Below are positions 35,137 through 45,500 of a DNA stretch of 64,000 nucleotides, piece after piece. Source of the DNA: an uncultured delta proteobacterium. Lineage in GTDB: Bacteria > Myxococcota > Kuafuiibacteriia > Kuafuiibacteriales > Kuafuiibacteriaceae. The stretch spans positions 864,001-928,000 of the forward strand of contig CAWDML010000009.1 in NCBI GenBank assembly GCA_963803435.1. Reading direction: 5' to 3'. The notes beneath the pieces were generated by a model. The model was not told the origin of the DNA and ran no database searches. It worked only from the letters and a program-made list of their open reading frames with translations. Position 1 is the stretch's first letter, and every line of letters starts with the position of its first letter. Position numbers and translations under genes: made by a program.

Positions 35137-36723
35137 CCGGGGCCGACAAGATCACCGAGAAGGTGGTCGAGCACGCGAAGGGCTTCCTCTCCAGCGTGTT
35201 CATGGTGCTGCGTACACTCCAGATTCACGATGCGGCGAACCGCGCCGTCGAGAACGCCATCCGAGGCGCGTACGAGTCCGCGAACGCGCTCTACTCCGCG
35301 ACCGGCGGCTTCAAGATCCAGTTCGTCGACTCGATGGTGTTCGTGAACGGCACGCGCGTCCGCTTCGAGGGAAGCCTCTTCGTGGCGATCCGGGCGCTGG
35401 AGGCGGCCCTGCGCTCGAAGCAGATCGGCGGCTTCGTCATGACAGCGCCCCCGAGCTACGAGGGTGTCCGCACGCTGGTGGTCGAGCTCGCCAAGGAAGG
35501 CGAGATCGAGCGGAGCCTCCTCGACGGGTTCTCCATCGACGCCGTCGGGCTGCAGACGTTCGGCGATCAGCAGCAGAGGGTCAGCGTGGATCGACGGGTC
35601 CTGGCGGTCCAAAGCTACGCCAAGCTGATCCTGGCGCTGCGCGAGCAGCTCCAGCGCATCCGGCGCGAGCGCGCCGAGGGCAAGGGGTCGTCGGTGCGAC
35701 TGCGGGTCGTGCGCATCGTCCAGGATCTGGTCGAGCTGGTCCAAGATCGCCCGGACTTCCTCCTCCGTCTCTCCACAAACCTCGTCGGCGCGGTCGCCGA
35801 GGAGCTCCACGGCGCCAACGCCTGCCTGCTGGCGCTGGCGATGGGCCAGGCGATCGGCCTCGACCGCCGTGACCTGGTCGACCTGGGCATGAGCGCGCTC
35901 TGTCACCACCTGGGCAGCCCCTCGCCGGACAGCCCGCTCGAGCGCAGCCTGATCGACGCCTCCACCGCCCGCATGTTCAACGACGCAGGCGTCTCCCGCT
36001 CGAGCATGTTGCGCGCCGCCGCCGTCGCCCACCAGCGCAAGTCCGCCACCGGCCGGTCCCGCTTCCGCGCCAAACGCCCCCATCTCTTCGCCCGGATCGT
36101 CGGCGTCGCCGTCACGTATAGCCAGCTCGTCAGCGGCTATGGCCTGCGGAACATCCACCGCGCGCCGCCCCTCGACGCGCTCCAGGTCCTCATGCAGGAC
36201 GACTCCGGTCGCTTCGACCCCGACCTGATCGATCTCCTGATCAACATCCTCCGGGCGTTCCCGGTCGGTTGCCACGTCATGCTCGACACGGGCGAGCATG
36301 CGCTCGTCACCACCCACGGCGGCAGCTCCCGCTGGGATCGGCCCATCGTCGCCGTCAGGGGCGAGCGCCCGCGCCACCTCGATCTCGATGATCGTCGACG
36401 AGGGCCGCTTCCGTCACCGCATCGCCGCCACCGCCCGCTACCTCGGTCGCCAGTCCGAGCTCACCGCCGTCGACAAGCTCCTCCCCCCACGCGCCGAGAG
36501 CGTCTCCGGGCGCCTCGTCCCCGGCGACATGCCGCTCCCGGATGCCGTGGACGCGCCGCGCTCCCTCCTCGACGCGGTCCTCGCCGAGGAGACGCGCCCA
36601 GCGCCCGCGCCCCGCGAGGGCGAGGACATCGACCAGCTCTTCCGCGACTTCCTCTCGGAGGACAAGACGAAGAAGCCGAAGATCGACACGTCGTATTCGT
36701 CGAGCAAGAGCGGGCGGGAGTGA
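35133..36723 (+). CDS. Degenerate HD-GYP-like protein; apparent indel near 36387
   Basis: LGMSALCHHLG, LFARIVGVA, FDPDLI, FPVGCHVMLDTGE; GTGA overlap with the HEAT gene. Confidence 0.7.
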
Positions 36724-36793
36724 GTTCCTGCGGAACGTGCCGCTCCTGCAGCGGGCAACGATCCGACCGATCTCGAAGCTTTGAAGCGCAGCC

Positions 36794-37064
36794 CTAGTCT
36801 TCCTTCTTCTTCTTCTTCTTCTTCTGCTTCGCCTGCGCCGCTCGGACCTCCTCCATCGAGAGCTGCTCGGTGTCGACCTGGTCGACCGCCCGGAGGATCT
36901 CGGAGCGGGTGGGGCGGCGGATCCGATTCGAACTGCTGTGAGGGCGCCTTCGCGGGCCCCTCGGTCGGATCGTCGGGCTCGGTGGTCTCGTGCTCGTCGA
37001 GGTCCGGAACCTCGACAGGTTCGGTGGTCGAGCCCGAGGAGGGTGGGGGGTCGCCGCCGGCCAT
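36794..37064 (-). CDS. Small disordered hypothetical protein with poly-Lys tail; apparent indel near 36912
   Basis: MAGGDPPP...ESDPPP then TRSEILRAVDQVDTEQLSMEEVRAAQAKQKKKKKKKED* after removing one base. Confidence 0.45.
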
Positions 37065-37133
37065 CGAGTGAAATCGTGGCGCGGGGGGCGCGCTTCTTCA
37101 ACGTCGCACCTTCGGGCTGCGGGTGAGACCCAC

Positions 37134-37731
37134 CTAGGAGCGTGTAGCGCGTAGCGCTACCGCGAGCCCGGTCCGGGTCCCGGTCCCGGTCCCGATGGCG
37201 ATCATGCAGCCCGGCGTGCGTTCATCGACTTGATGAGGCGCGTGAGCCTCTCGACAACGCGCTTGAGCTTGGCTCTGGCGGCTTGGACCTTCTGCTCGTT
37301 GGGGAGTCGGCGCCTCAAGCAGGTGTGGAGTGAGGCGGCGCTTTCGGTGCCAGAGCGAAGTGCCATCCGGTAGAAGCGAGCCTTCTCAGGTGGATTGAAC
37401 TCTCCGGCGCCCTCGGCGGTGTTGTTCACGATGGAATCGGATGCCCGCCGAAGCTGATCGCGGACGTGAGCGTGACCGGGTTGCAGTTCTTGTGCGATCT
37501 CTTCAGCGATGTCGGCATACTCGACGGCGAGCTGGTAGACCTCGAGCTTCTCGTGATCGAAAGTGACCATGCAAGCTAGCTTGCGGTAGCTCGTCCACTC
37601 AAGCTCTACCGATCGAAGCTCGCGACCGTCGCGAGCGTCTGACTCAAGGCAGCCATCTTCAGATCGGGACCCGGACCGGGACCGGGACCCGGACCGGGCT
37701 CGCGGGAGCGCTACGCGTTACACGCTCCTAG
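37134..37731. mobile_element. IS1182-family-derived non-autonomous element, copy 2: intact four-helix-bundle gene, transposase almost fully deleted
   Basis: Same ends and CTAG flanks as copy 1; 13795-14480 of copy 1 is absent (CT microhomology), leaving only the last codons of the transposase. Confidence 0.85.
37202..37570 (-). CDS. Four-helix-bundle protein (23S rRNA IVP / TIGR02436 / bAvd-like)
   Basis: FDHEKLEVYQLA, DQLRRASDSIVNNTAEG, ARFYRMALRSGTES. Confidence 0.9.
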   Translation of the reverse strand: MVTFDHEKLEVYQLAVEYADIAEEIAQELQPGHAHVRDQLRRASDSIVNNTAEGAGEFNPPEKARFYRMALRSGTESAASLHTCLRRRLPNEQKVQAARAKLKRVVERLTRLIKSMNARRAA

Positions 37732-38231
37732 GGCTCGCCGGCGAAGCGGCGCGGGATGAGCCAATCCCAGCGGGTCCGAGGGCTCCCATCGCGGTGGACG
37801 AACTGGACGAGGAACGACAGCGCGTCGATGCGGAAGCAAATCCGCTCCCGGAAGCGGAGCCGATAAGCGCCGGCGGGGAAGGGAGCGCGGATGGGGGCGA
37901 GGGGGAGGTCGGTGACGAAGGTACCGTCGGCCCTCTGCAAGCCGACTTGCGAGCCGCGCGGCACCGTCACGGTGGCTTCGCGGTCGTACACCCGTGCGAT
38001 GACGAAACGGCGGAGCGTCTGCGGCAGCTCGACCTGCAGGTCGGCGCGGCGGTTGGCGTGGTAACCGCCCACCACCAGGCGGCGCTTGCGGCCGGCGCGG
38101 ACGGAGTCGAGGAGATCGTCCTTCCAGTAGGCGACGACCTCGAGGGTCCAGTGGGTCTCGGTCGGCTCGTCGCGCTTCTCCAGCCGCCGGTGGAGCACAC
38201 GTGCAATCAGGGGATCCGGCTCGTCCTTCAT
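37728..38231 (-). CDS. Hypothetical protein
   Basis: 167-aa ORF with host codon usage; its TAG stop is part of the CTAG at the IS boundary. Confidence 0.55.
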   Translation of the reverse strand: MKDEPDPLIARVLHRRLEKRDEPTETHWTLEVVAYWKDDLLDSVRAGRKRRLVVGGYHANRRADLQVELPQTLRRFVIARVYDREATVTVPRGSQVGLQRADGTFVTDLPLAPIRAPFPAGAYRLRFRERICFRIDALSFLVQFVHRDGSPRTRWDWLIPRRFAGEP

Positions 38232-38280
38232 CCTCGCACCGGTTGACGGGGCTCATCGCACGCGCGAAGAGGGGCGCAGC

Positions 38281-39297
38281 ATGGCCCAGGACGAGCTGGA
38301 TGTCACCGGGATCGGGAACGCGATCGTCGACGTGATCACACAGGCAAGCGACGCATTCCTCCGCGAGAACGGCCTCGTGAAGGGCGCGATGCGTCTCATC
38401 GACGCGGAGGAGGCCGAACGGCTCTACCGGGTCATGGGCTCGGGCGTCGAGGTCTCGGGCGGATCCGCGGGGAACACGATCGCCGGGCTGGCCTCGCTCG
38501 GCGGCAAGGCAGCGTATATCGGCAAGGTGGCCGACGATCAGCTCGGCCAGGTCTTCACGCACGATCTCCGGGCGACCGGTACGCGGTTCGAGACGCGCCC
38601 GCTCTCCGGCGGTGCGCCGACCGCGCGCTCGCTGATCCTGGTGACGCCCGACGCGCAGCGCACGATGAACACCTATCTCGGCGCCTGCGTGGAGCTCGGT
38701 CCGGAGGACATCGGGCGCGAGCTGATCGCGTCGAGCCGCGTCACGTACCTGGAGGGCTACCTCTGGGACAAGCCCACGGCGAAGGAGGCCTTCCTCAAGG
38801 CGGCCCGCATCGCGCACGACGCCGGACGCAAGGTCAGCATCTCCCTCTCCGACAAGTTCTGCGTCGATCGCCACCGCCAGTCCTTCCTCGAGCTGGTCGA
38901 GGACCACGTCGACATCCTGTTCGCCAACGAATCGGAGGTCTGCGCGCTCTACGAGGTCCTCGACTTCGACACGGCGCTCGAGGAGGTGAAGCGCAGCTGT
39001 GAGACGGCGGCCCTCACACGGAGCGCCCGCGGGTCCTTCATCCTCCACCACGGCGAGGTCTTCGAGGTCGAGGCTGAGAAGGTCGACCGCGTCGTCGATA
39101 CCACGGGCGCCGGCGATCTGTACGCGTCGGGCTTCTTTTACGGGTACACGCACGGCGAAGCGCCCGAGGTTTGGGGCCGGATGGGGGCGATCGCGGCCGC
39201 CGAAGTGATCAGCCACTACGGCGCTCGGCCCGAGATCTCGCTGGTCGATCTGTTCTCGAAGAAGATCCGGGGCTTCACGGCGCCCGCCCTTTCTTGA
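38281..39297 (+). CDS. PfkB-family adenosine kinase
   Basis: GIGNAIVD, SGGSAGNT, YLEGYLWD, FANESE, DTTGAGDLYASGF. Confidence 0.92.
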   Translation: MAQDELDVTGIGNAIVDVITQASDAFLRENGLVKGAMRLIDAEEAERLYRVMGSGVEVSGGSAGNTIAGLASLGGKAAYIGKVADDQLGQVFTHDLRATGTRFETRPLSGGAPTARSLILVTPDAQRTMNTYLGACVELGPEDIGRELIASSRVTYLEGYLWDKPTAKEAFLKAARIAHDAGRKVSISLSDKFCVDRHRQSFLELVEDHVDILFANESEVCALYEVLDFDTALEEVKRSCETAALTRSARGSFILHHGEVFEVEAEKVDRVVDTTGAGDLYASGFFYGYTHGEAPEVWGRMGAIAAAEVISHYGARPEISLVDLFSKKIRGFTAPALS

Positions 39298-39328
39298 CGC
39301 GGCTCTCCCTTTCCTCTCCCATGGCCCC

Positions 39329-40105
39329 GTGGTTTGGGGCGTGATCGCGCTGCTCGCCGTCGGTCAGCCCGACGTGAAGCCGAGCCCGGTCCCGATCGCC
39401 TTCGTCGACCGGCCGCTGACCACACCCGAAGATGCGTTCGAGCTGATCTTCGAGCTCGCCTACTCGCAGCTCGACACGCGCGCCCCGGTCGTGGTCGGCG
39501 AGGCGGGCGCCCGGTACGGCCACACGGACGACTTCGAGGTCGGCGTGCGACTCCTGCGGGTCTCCATGTCTCCCGCGCCCAACACGGGCCTCGACAACCC
39601 GATGGGCTTCCTCCGGTATCGGGTGCTCAGCGGCGTCTTCGAGCTGGCCGGATACATCGAGTCCGAGATCCCGATCGGCGGGATCTACGAGGCCAACGCA
39701 CGGGTCGAGATGATGCTGCGGATCGGTCGCGTGGCGCGCCTCGACTTCGGCCCGACGTTCGGGCTCTTCGCAGAGAATCCGATCCGCTACCGTGCGCTGG
39801 GTCCGCTCGAGCTGGCGTTCCAGCTCGGCGACCACGTCAAGCTTTCGGCGCTCGGGATCGTGGAGCTGCGCGACGTCTCCCGTGCGCGCGACGTGCTGGG
39901 GCGGGCCGGCTTGCGACTCGCTTACACGTTCGGCGCGAACGGCCACGCCACCGCGGATCTCGGGCTCCTGGTGACGACGCCGAACCTGGCGCTGTCCGGC
40001 GAACGTCCCCAAAATCCCGCGCTCAACAACTACTTCTTCGTGCTCGTAGATCTGCGCTGGTTCATCGCGAACGACAGCCGGGACGACTGGCGAGGCCTCG
40101 ATTGA
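39329..40105 (+). CDS. Secreted hypothetical protein, possible outer-membrane beta-barrel
   Basis: Signal peptide, DRPLT motif, alternating beta-strand pattern. Confidence 0.55.
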   Translation: MVWGVIALLAVGQPDVKPSPVPIAFVDRPLTTPEDAFELIFELAYSQLDTRAPVVVGEAGARYGHTDDFEVGVRLLRVSMSPAPNTGLDNPMGFLRYRVLSGVFELAGYIESEIPIGGIYEANARVEMMLRIGRVARLDFGPTFGLFAENPIRYRALGPLELAFQLGDHVKLSALGIVELRDVSRARDVLGRAGLRLAYTFGANGHATADLGLLVTTPNLALSGERPQNPALNNYFFVLVDLRWFIANDSRDDWRGLD

Positions 40106-40122
40106 TCTGACATGATCGAAAA

Positions 40123-40404
40123 GTGAGCGACCCGGACTATCTCGAGCAGCTCCGCGCCGCGCACGAGTTTCCCTGCGAGTACACGTTCAAGCTGATCGGC
40201 GACAACTCGGAGACCCTCATCCAGGCGGCCATGGCACACCTCCTGGCGGTTCTGCCGAGGTCGGTTCCGAACGTCACGACCCGCGAGTCGTCGAAGGGCA
40301 ACCATCAATCGGTGACCATCGTGGTGGAGGTCCCGGACGCGGAGACCGTCGAGGCGTTGTATCTCCGGTTTCGCACGGTCACCGGGGTGAAGGTGCTCCT
40401 GTGA
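40123..40404 (+). CDS. DUF493/YbeD family protein
   Basis: HEFPCEYTFKLIG, SSKGNHQSVTI. Confidence 0.85.
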   Translation: MSDPDYLEQLRAAHEFPCEYTFKLIGDNSETLIQAAMAHLLAVLPRSVPNVTTRESSKGNHQSVTIVVEVPDAETVEALYLRFRTVTGVKVLL

Positions 40405-40479
40405 CCGCCGGACGACGCGTCGCGTTGAGCGCGTCTCGGTTTTCGGTTCGGCCGTCGCCGTGCTAACCAAACCCGACCC

Positions 40480-41472
40480 ATGAGCATGGCACAGGACGCT
40501 CGGCGGGCCGCTCCCTGGGCGCCGGCAGGGATGGATGTTCGGCGCGTGTACCGCCTCATGGCGCACGCGCGGCTCCTCGAGGAGCGGATGATCAAGATGA
40601 CCCGCTCGAGCGACGGATTCTTCTGGATCGGCGGCCCCGGCGAGGAGGCGTTCAACGTCTGCCTGGGCCTGATGATCAAGAAGGGCCGCGGGCTCGACTA
40701 CGACTTCCTGCACCTGCACTACCGGAGCTCGGCGATCCTGCTGGCGATGGGCATGCCGATCATCGACGCGCTGCGACAGATGGCGTCGAAGGCCACGGAT
40801 CCGCACTCGGGCGGCCGCAACTTCATCAATCACTTCTGTGTCCCCGAGTGGAACGTGGTCCCCGGCGTATCGACGATCGAGACCCAGTATTCGGTCGCCC
40901 CCGGTACCGCGCTCGCGCAGCGGCGTCACGGCGGGGACGCGATCACGATCGTGAACGGCGGCGACGCAGGCTCGGCGGAGAGCGACTTCGCGACCTGCCT
41001 GAACTGGTCGAGCCGTCCCGGTCGAGAGCTGCCGATCCTGATCGTGGTGGCCAACAATCAGTGGGGCATCTCGACGCCCGCGCTCGAGGTGCAGGGCGCG
41101 CGGCCGATCGCCCGCCGCGCCGAGTCCTTCGGGATCCCGTGGGCGGTGGTCGACGGTCACGATCCGGTCGCCTCGTGGAAGGCGCTCGAGAAGGCGATCG
41201 GCTACGTCCGCAAGGAGCGCAAGCCGTATTGCATCGAAGCCATGGTGTCGCGCCTGTACGGGCACTCCTCGTCCTCGGGCGCGGTGCGCGAGCAGGAGCC
41301 GGACTGTCTCGACCTCTTCGAGCGCCGCCTGGCCGAGGCGGGCGTCTTCACCAAGGACGAGATGCAACAGATCAAGTCTGACTTCGAGCAGGAGTGCCTG
41401 AACGCCCTGAACCAGGTCCGGGAGGAGCCGTTCCCGGATCCGTCGACGATGTTCGATCACACCTTCGCGTAG
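40480..41472 (+). CDS. 2-oxoacid dehydrogenase E1 alpha subunit (probably branched-chain)
   Basis: GPGEEA, LHYR, TPP motif GDAG...NNQWGIS, RLYGHSSS. Confidence 0.9.
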   Translation: MSMAQDARRAAPWAPAGMDVRRVYRLMAHARLLEERMIKMTRSSDGFFWIGGPGEEAFNVCLGLMIKKGRGLDYDFLHLHYRSSAILLAMGMPIIDALRQMASKATDPHSGGRNFINHFCVPEWNVVPGVSTIETQYSVAPGTALAQRRHGGDAITIVNGGDAGSAESDFATCLNWSSRPGRELPILIVVANNQWGISTPALEVQGARPIARRAESFGIPWAVVDGHDPVASWKALEKAIGYVRKERKPYCIEAMVSRLYGHSSSSGAVREQEPDCLDLFERRLAEAGVFTKDEMQQIKSDFEQECLNALNQVREEPFPDPSTMFDHTFA

Positions 41473-41481
41473 AGAGCAGCC

Positions 41482-42540
41482 ATGGCGAACATTGCCCAAG
41501 CGATCCGGATGGCCCTCCACGTCGGCGAGACCAAGCTCGGCGTCACCGACATCTTTGGCGAGGACGTCGGTCCCCCGCTGGGCGGCGTCTTCACCTGCAC
41601 CCAGGGCCTGGAGACGGCCTGGAACACGCCGCTCGACGAGCGCGGGATCGTGGGCACCGCGTTCGGCCTGGCGCTCGCAGGACAGCGCTGCGTCGCCGAG
41701 ATCCAGTTCTGCGACTACATCTTCAACACGATCGACCTGTTGAAGCTGATCGGAAACTGCTGCTGGTCGTCGATGGGCCAGTACAGCGTCCCGCTGGTGC
41801 TGATGACGCCGGTGGGCTCCGGCATCCACGGCTCGCTGTACCACTCGCACTCGTTCGACGCGATGGCGACGCACATGCCCGGCTGGAAGGTCGTGCTGGC
41901 CTCCACCCCGCTCGACGTCTACGGGCTGATGATCTCGGCGATCAAGGATCCCAACCCGGTCATGTTTCTCTACCCGAAGGCGCTGATCCGCCTGCCGGGG
42001 AGAGAGCGCATCCCGGGAGAGCCGGAAGATTCGAAGGTGCTGGCGCGGATGATCGATGCGCCCCTCGGGGACAAGCGCACGGGTTGGAGGCCCGACTGGC
42101 CCGACCTCGAAGACTTCGAGATCCCGTTCGGCGAGGCGAAGCGGCTCCGGGAGGGCGATCAGATCACCATCGCCACCTATGGCCGCCTGGTGCCGCTGTG
42201 CGAGAAGGCCGCCGACAAGCTGGCGACCGAGGGGATCTCGGCCGAGGTCTTCGACCTGCGCACGCTCGTCCCGCTGGACGAGGAGGCGATCTTCGCCTCG
42301 GTCGCGAAGACGGGGCGCTTCCTGGCCGTCAACGAGGACACCGAGGTCACCAACTTCGGCGAGCACCTCGTGCGCAGGGTGACCGAGGCCTGCTTCTATC
42401 ACCTGGAGGCGCCGCCGCGGCTGCTCGCCGGGGTCAACACCCCGGGGATCGGCCTGGCCTGGAGCCTCGAGGAGAAGCAGGTTCCGCAGCAAATCGACGT
42501 GGAGCACGCGGTCCGCGAGCTGGTTCGAACACGGGCCTGA
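41482..42540 (+). CDS. 2-oxoacid dehydrogenase E1 beta subunit
   Basis: FGEDVG..GGVF, NTPLDERGIVG, AEIQFCDY, HSHS, DLRTLVPLD. Confidence 0.92.
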   Translation: MANIAQAIRMALHVGETKLGVTDIFGEDVGPPLGGVFTCTQGLETAWNTPLDERGIVGTAFGLALAGQRCVAEIQFCDYIFNTIDLLKLIGNCCWSSMGQYSVPLVLMTPVGSGIHGSLYHSHSFDAMATHMPGWKVVLASTPLDVYGLMISAIKDPNPVMFLYPKALIRLPGRERIPGEPEDSKVLARMIDAPLGDKRTGWRPDWPDLEDFEIPFGEAKRLREGDQITIATYGRLVPLCEKAADKLATEGISAEVFDLRTLVPLDEEAIFASVAKTGRFLAVNEDTEVTNFGEHLVRRVTEACFYHLEAPPRLLAGVNTPGIGLAWSLEEKQVPQQIDVEHAVRELVRTRA

Positions 42541-42577
42541 TCCAGCCGGCGGGCCGGGCCGTTGATCCCGGGGGGAC

Positions 42578-45500
42578 ATGACCAAGATGGAGAGCACACA
42601 ACCGCTCGAGCAGCTCGAGGCACTCGCGTTCGGCGAGGAGGAGGAGCGCGAGCGAGCGCTCGCCTCCCTGATCCCGGGGACCGAAGATTACTACTTCCAC
42701 CACTGCCTCCAGCGCCAGCTGGCCGGACGGCTCGCCGAGGTGCCCGCGCTCCTCGAGCAGTGGATCCGGCGCCACGGGCGCACGGAGCGCGCCGAGGGAA
42801 TCGAGCGCCGGCAGGCGCTGCTCACCTACGAGCGGGATCCCAAGGCGGCGCTCGAGCACCTCAGGCAATGGCTCGGCCTTCGTTTCGATCACCAGCGCGA
42901 GGTCGAGGTCGAGCAGGAGCGACATCCGAACGCGCTGGACCAGGCGGCCATCTCCCGCGCGGCGCTGATGGCGCGTGCCCGCAGCCGGACCTCCAGCAAT
43001 CTCTCGCCCTTCGAGGACTCGGCGCTCGCCTGGCTCGGGGACGAGCTCACCACGAGCCAGCGGCAGCACTTCCTCGACCGCATCGCGCGGCCCGATCATC
43101 CGCGCTTGGTGGCGTGGGTGGTCGAGGATCTCGACAATCCGAAGACCGGGAGCTTCGGCTCGCGGCGGATTCACGCGCTCCTGTTGAAGGAGCAGCTCGA
43201 CGAGCTCCTGCGCCAGCGTCCGGCGCTCCTCGAGCAGCCAGCGTTCGTCTTCGCCCGGCTGGCCAAGCTCGCGCCCACGGCCGATGCCGACGCGGACCAC
43301 GATCCCGCGGAGCGGGCAGACTGGCTCGAGCGCCTGTGGGACTTCGTGAAGGGCCTGGAGGCCAGCTTCAACGCGCTCAAGGTGACGGTTCTCCACCACC
43401 GGCTGGCCTTCGAGCGGAGCCGCGGGATCTACAATCGCGCCCGGTTCCTCGCTTATCTCAGGCTGCCGCGGAGCGTGCAGTACGCGCCCGCGGACTTCCT
43501 GAAGCGGCACACCTCGGAGGTGGTGGCGCTCGGGACCGACTTCTCGGCGCAGCTCGGCCTTCCCCCGGTCTTCGACGACGAGCCGCTGGTCCGTGCCTTC
43601 GTCGAGCGCTTCGTCCTCGCCGATCCCAGCATCGAGGACTTCGCCTCCTACGTGAGGAAGGACGTCCTCATCCGCTGGCGGGCGTTCGCGCTGATCGGCG
43701 CGGGGCTCGGCGATCAGGAGCGGTGGTACGCGGAGCTCGACGACCCGGCGGGCTATCAGTCCTACCAGGAGCGGGTCGACATCGAACTCCTCCCCGAGAA
43801 CCCGGTCTGGTTCGGGGCCGACGATCCGGTCCGTCTGGCGGTCGCGGTCAAGAACGTCCGCGACCTGGTGGTGAAGGTCTTCGAGATCAACACCCGAAAC
43901 TACTTCCTCCAGCACGGGCGCGAGGTCGACGCCTCGATCGATCTGGACGGGCTCGAGCCCGGTGAGGAGCGCACGCTCACGCTCGATGAGTCGCCGCTCC
44001 GGATCGTGCGCCACGAGATCGATCTGCCCGCGCTGGCCGGTCCCGGCGTATTCGTCGTGGAGCTGATCGGCAACGGCAAGAGCAGCCGCGCGTTGATCCG
44101 CAAGGGGACGCTGCGGGTGGTCGAGCGGCTGGGCGCTGCCGGTCACGTCTTCAACGTGCTCGACGAGCGCAACCAGCTCCTCCCCGGCGCGTCGATCTGG
44201 CTGGGCGGGAAGGAGCACCGCGCCGACGCAGGGGGCGAGATCGGGATCCCGTACAGCACGCGCCCGGAGACCCGGCGGATGCTGCTCTCCTCCGGCAAGA
44301 TCACGACGATGGAGACGTTCCATCACCGCGCCGAGCGCTACGGCCTGGTCGCAGGCTTCTACGTCGATCGGGAGCAGCTCCTGCAGGACGGCACCGCCGA
44401 GCTCGTCGTCCGCGCTGCGCTCCATCTCGGCGACGTCGAGGTCTCGCTCGACCTGCTCGAGGAGGTGCGCCTCACGATCGGCTCGGTGGACGGCGAGGGG
44501 ACCAAGAGCTCGCTCGACGTACCTGCGTTTCGGCTCCAGTCCGACCGCGAGGCCGTGCATCGCTTCCAGGTCCCCAAGAACCTTCGTGCGCTCGACTTCA
44601 CACTCCGCGCCAAGGTCCAGAGCATCTCGGAGCAGCGCAAGGTCGACCTCGAGGCGCACCATCACGTCGACCTCAACCAGATCGACGCCGGGGATCGAAC
44701 GCACGACCTTCACCTGGCGCGCACCGACACCGGCCACGTGCTCTACCTCTACGGGAAGACCGGGGAGCCGCTCGCCAACAAGGCGATCGCGGTCAGCCTC
44801 AAGCACGAGGACTTCGTCGAGACCGTCGACGTCGTGCTCCAGACCGGCGCGGACGGCCGCATCGTGCTCGGGCCCCTCGACGGTGTGGCCTCGCTGACCG
44901 CGCAGAGCCCGGGCGGGGTGGCGGAGTCGTTCTCGCTCTCGGCGGGCTTCGTGTCGCGACCCGCCGCCGTCCACGCGTGCTTGGAGGAGACGATCCGGCT
45001 GCCGTTCGCCGGCGGAGGGTTCAGCCTGCTCGAGACCCGCGCCCGCAGCTTCCAGCGGCGGTGCACGGACGCCGTCCGTGTCGAGCACGGCCAGCTCGTG
45101 ATCGCCGGCCTCGAGCCCGGCGACTACGACCTCTTCTTGGCCGAACGCCAGGAGAGCATCGCGATCCGGGTGACCAGGGGACGCCGGCAGCGCGGCTGGG
45201 CTGTCTCCGACAAGCGGCAGCTGGAGGCGCGCCCGCGGGCCCGGCTCGCGATCGATCGGGTGAGCGCGGCCGACGATGCCGTGGAGATCCGGCTGGCGGC
45301 CTTCTCCGAGTCGACGCGCGTCCACCTGTTCGCGACCCGCTTCCTGCCGGCATACTCGGCCTTCGAGGCCCTCGGCCGCGTCCGAGATCCGGCCCCGCGC
45401 GTGGTCGAGATCGCGCGGGGGCTCTCGAGCTACGTGTCGGGCCGGGACATCGGCGACGAGTACCGCTACATCCTCGAGCGCAAGCATCGGAGGAAGTTCC

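Noticed and set aside
36797-36826. (TTC)n microsatellite as a phase-variation tract
   Set aside because: Explained as poly-Lys codons at the end of a small gene; triplet changes keep the frame
37202-37570. Avd of a diversity-generating retroelement, or a 23S rRNA intervening sequence
   Set aside because: No reverse transcriptase, no template/variable repeat pair and no rRNA around it
40480-42540. E1 alpha/beta without adjacent E2/E3 as a novel system
   Set aside because: Split dehydrogenase loci are common; the other subunits are probably elsewhere
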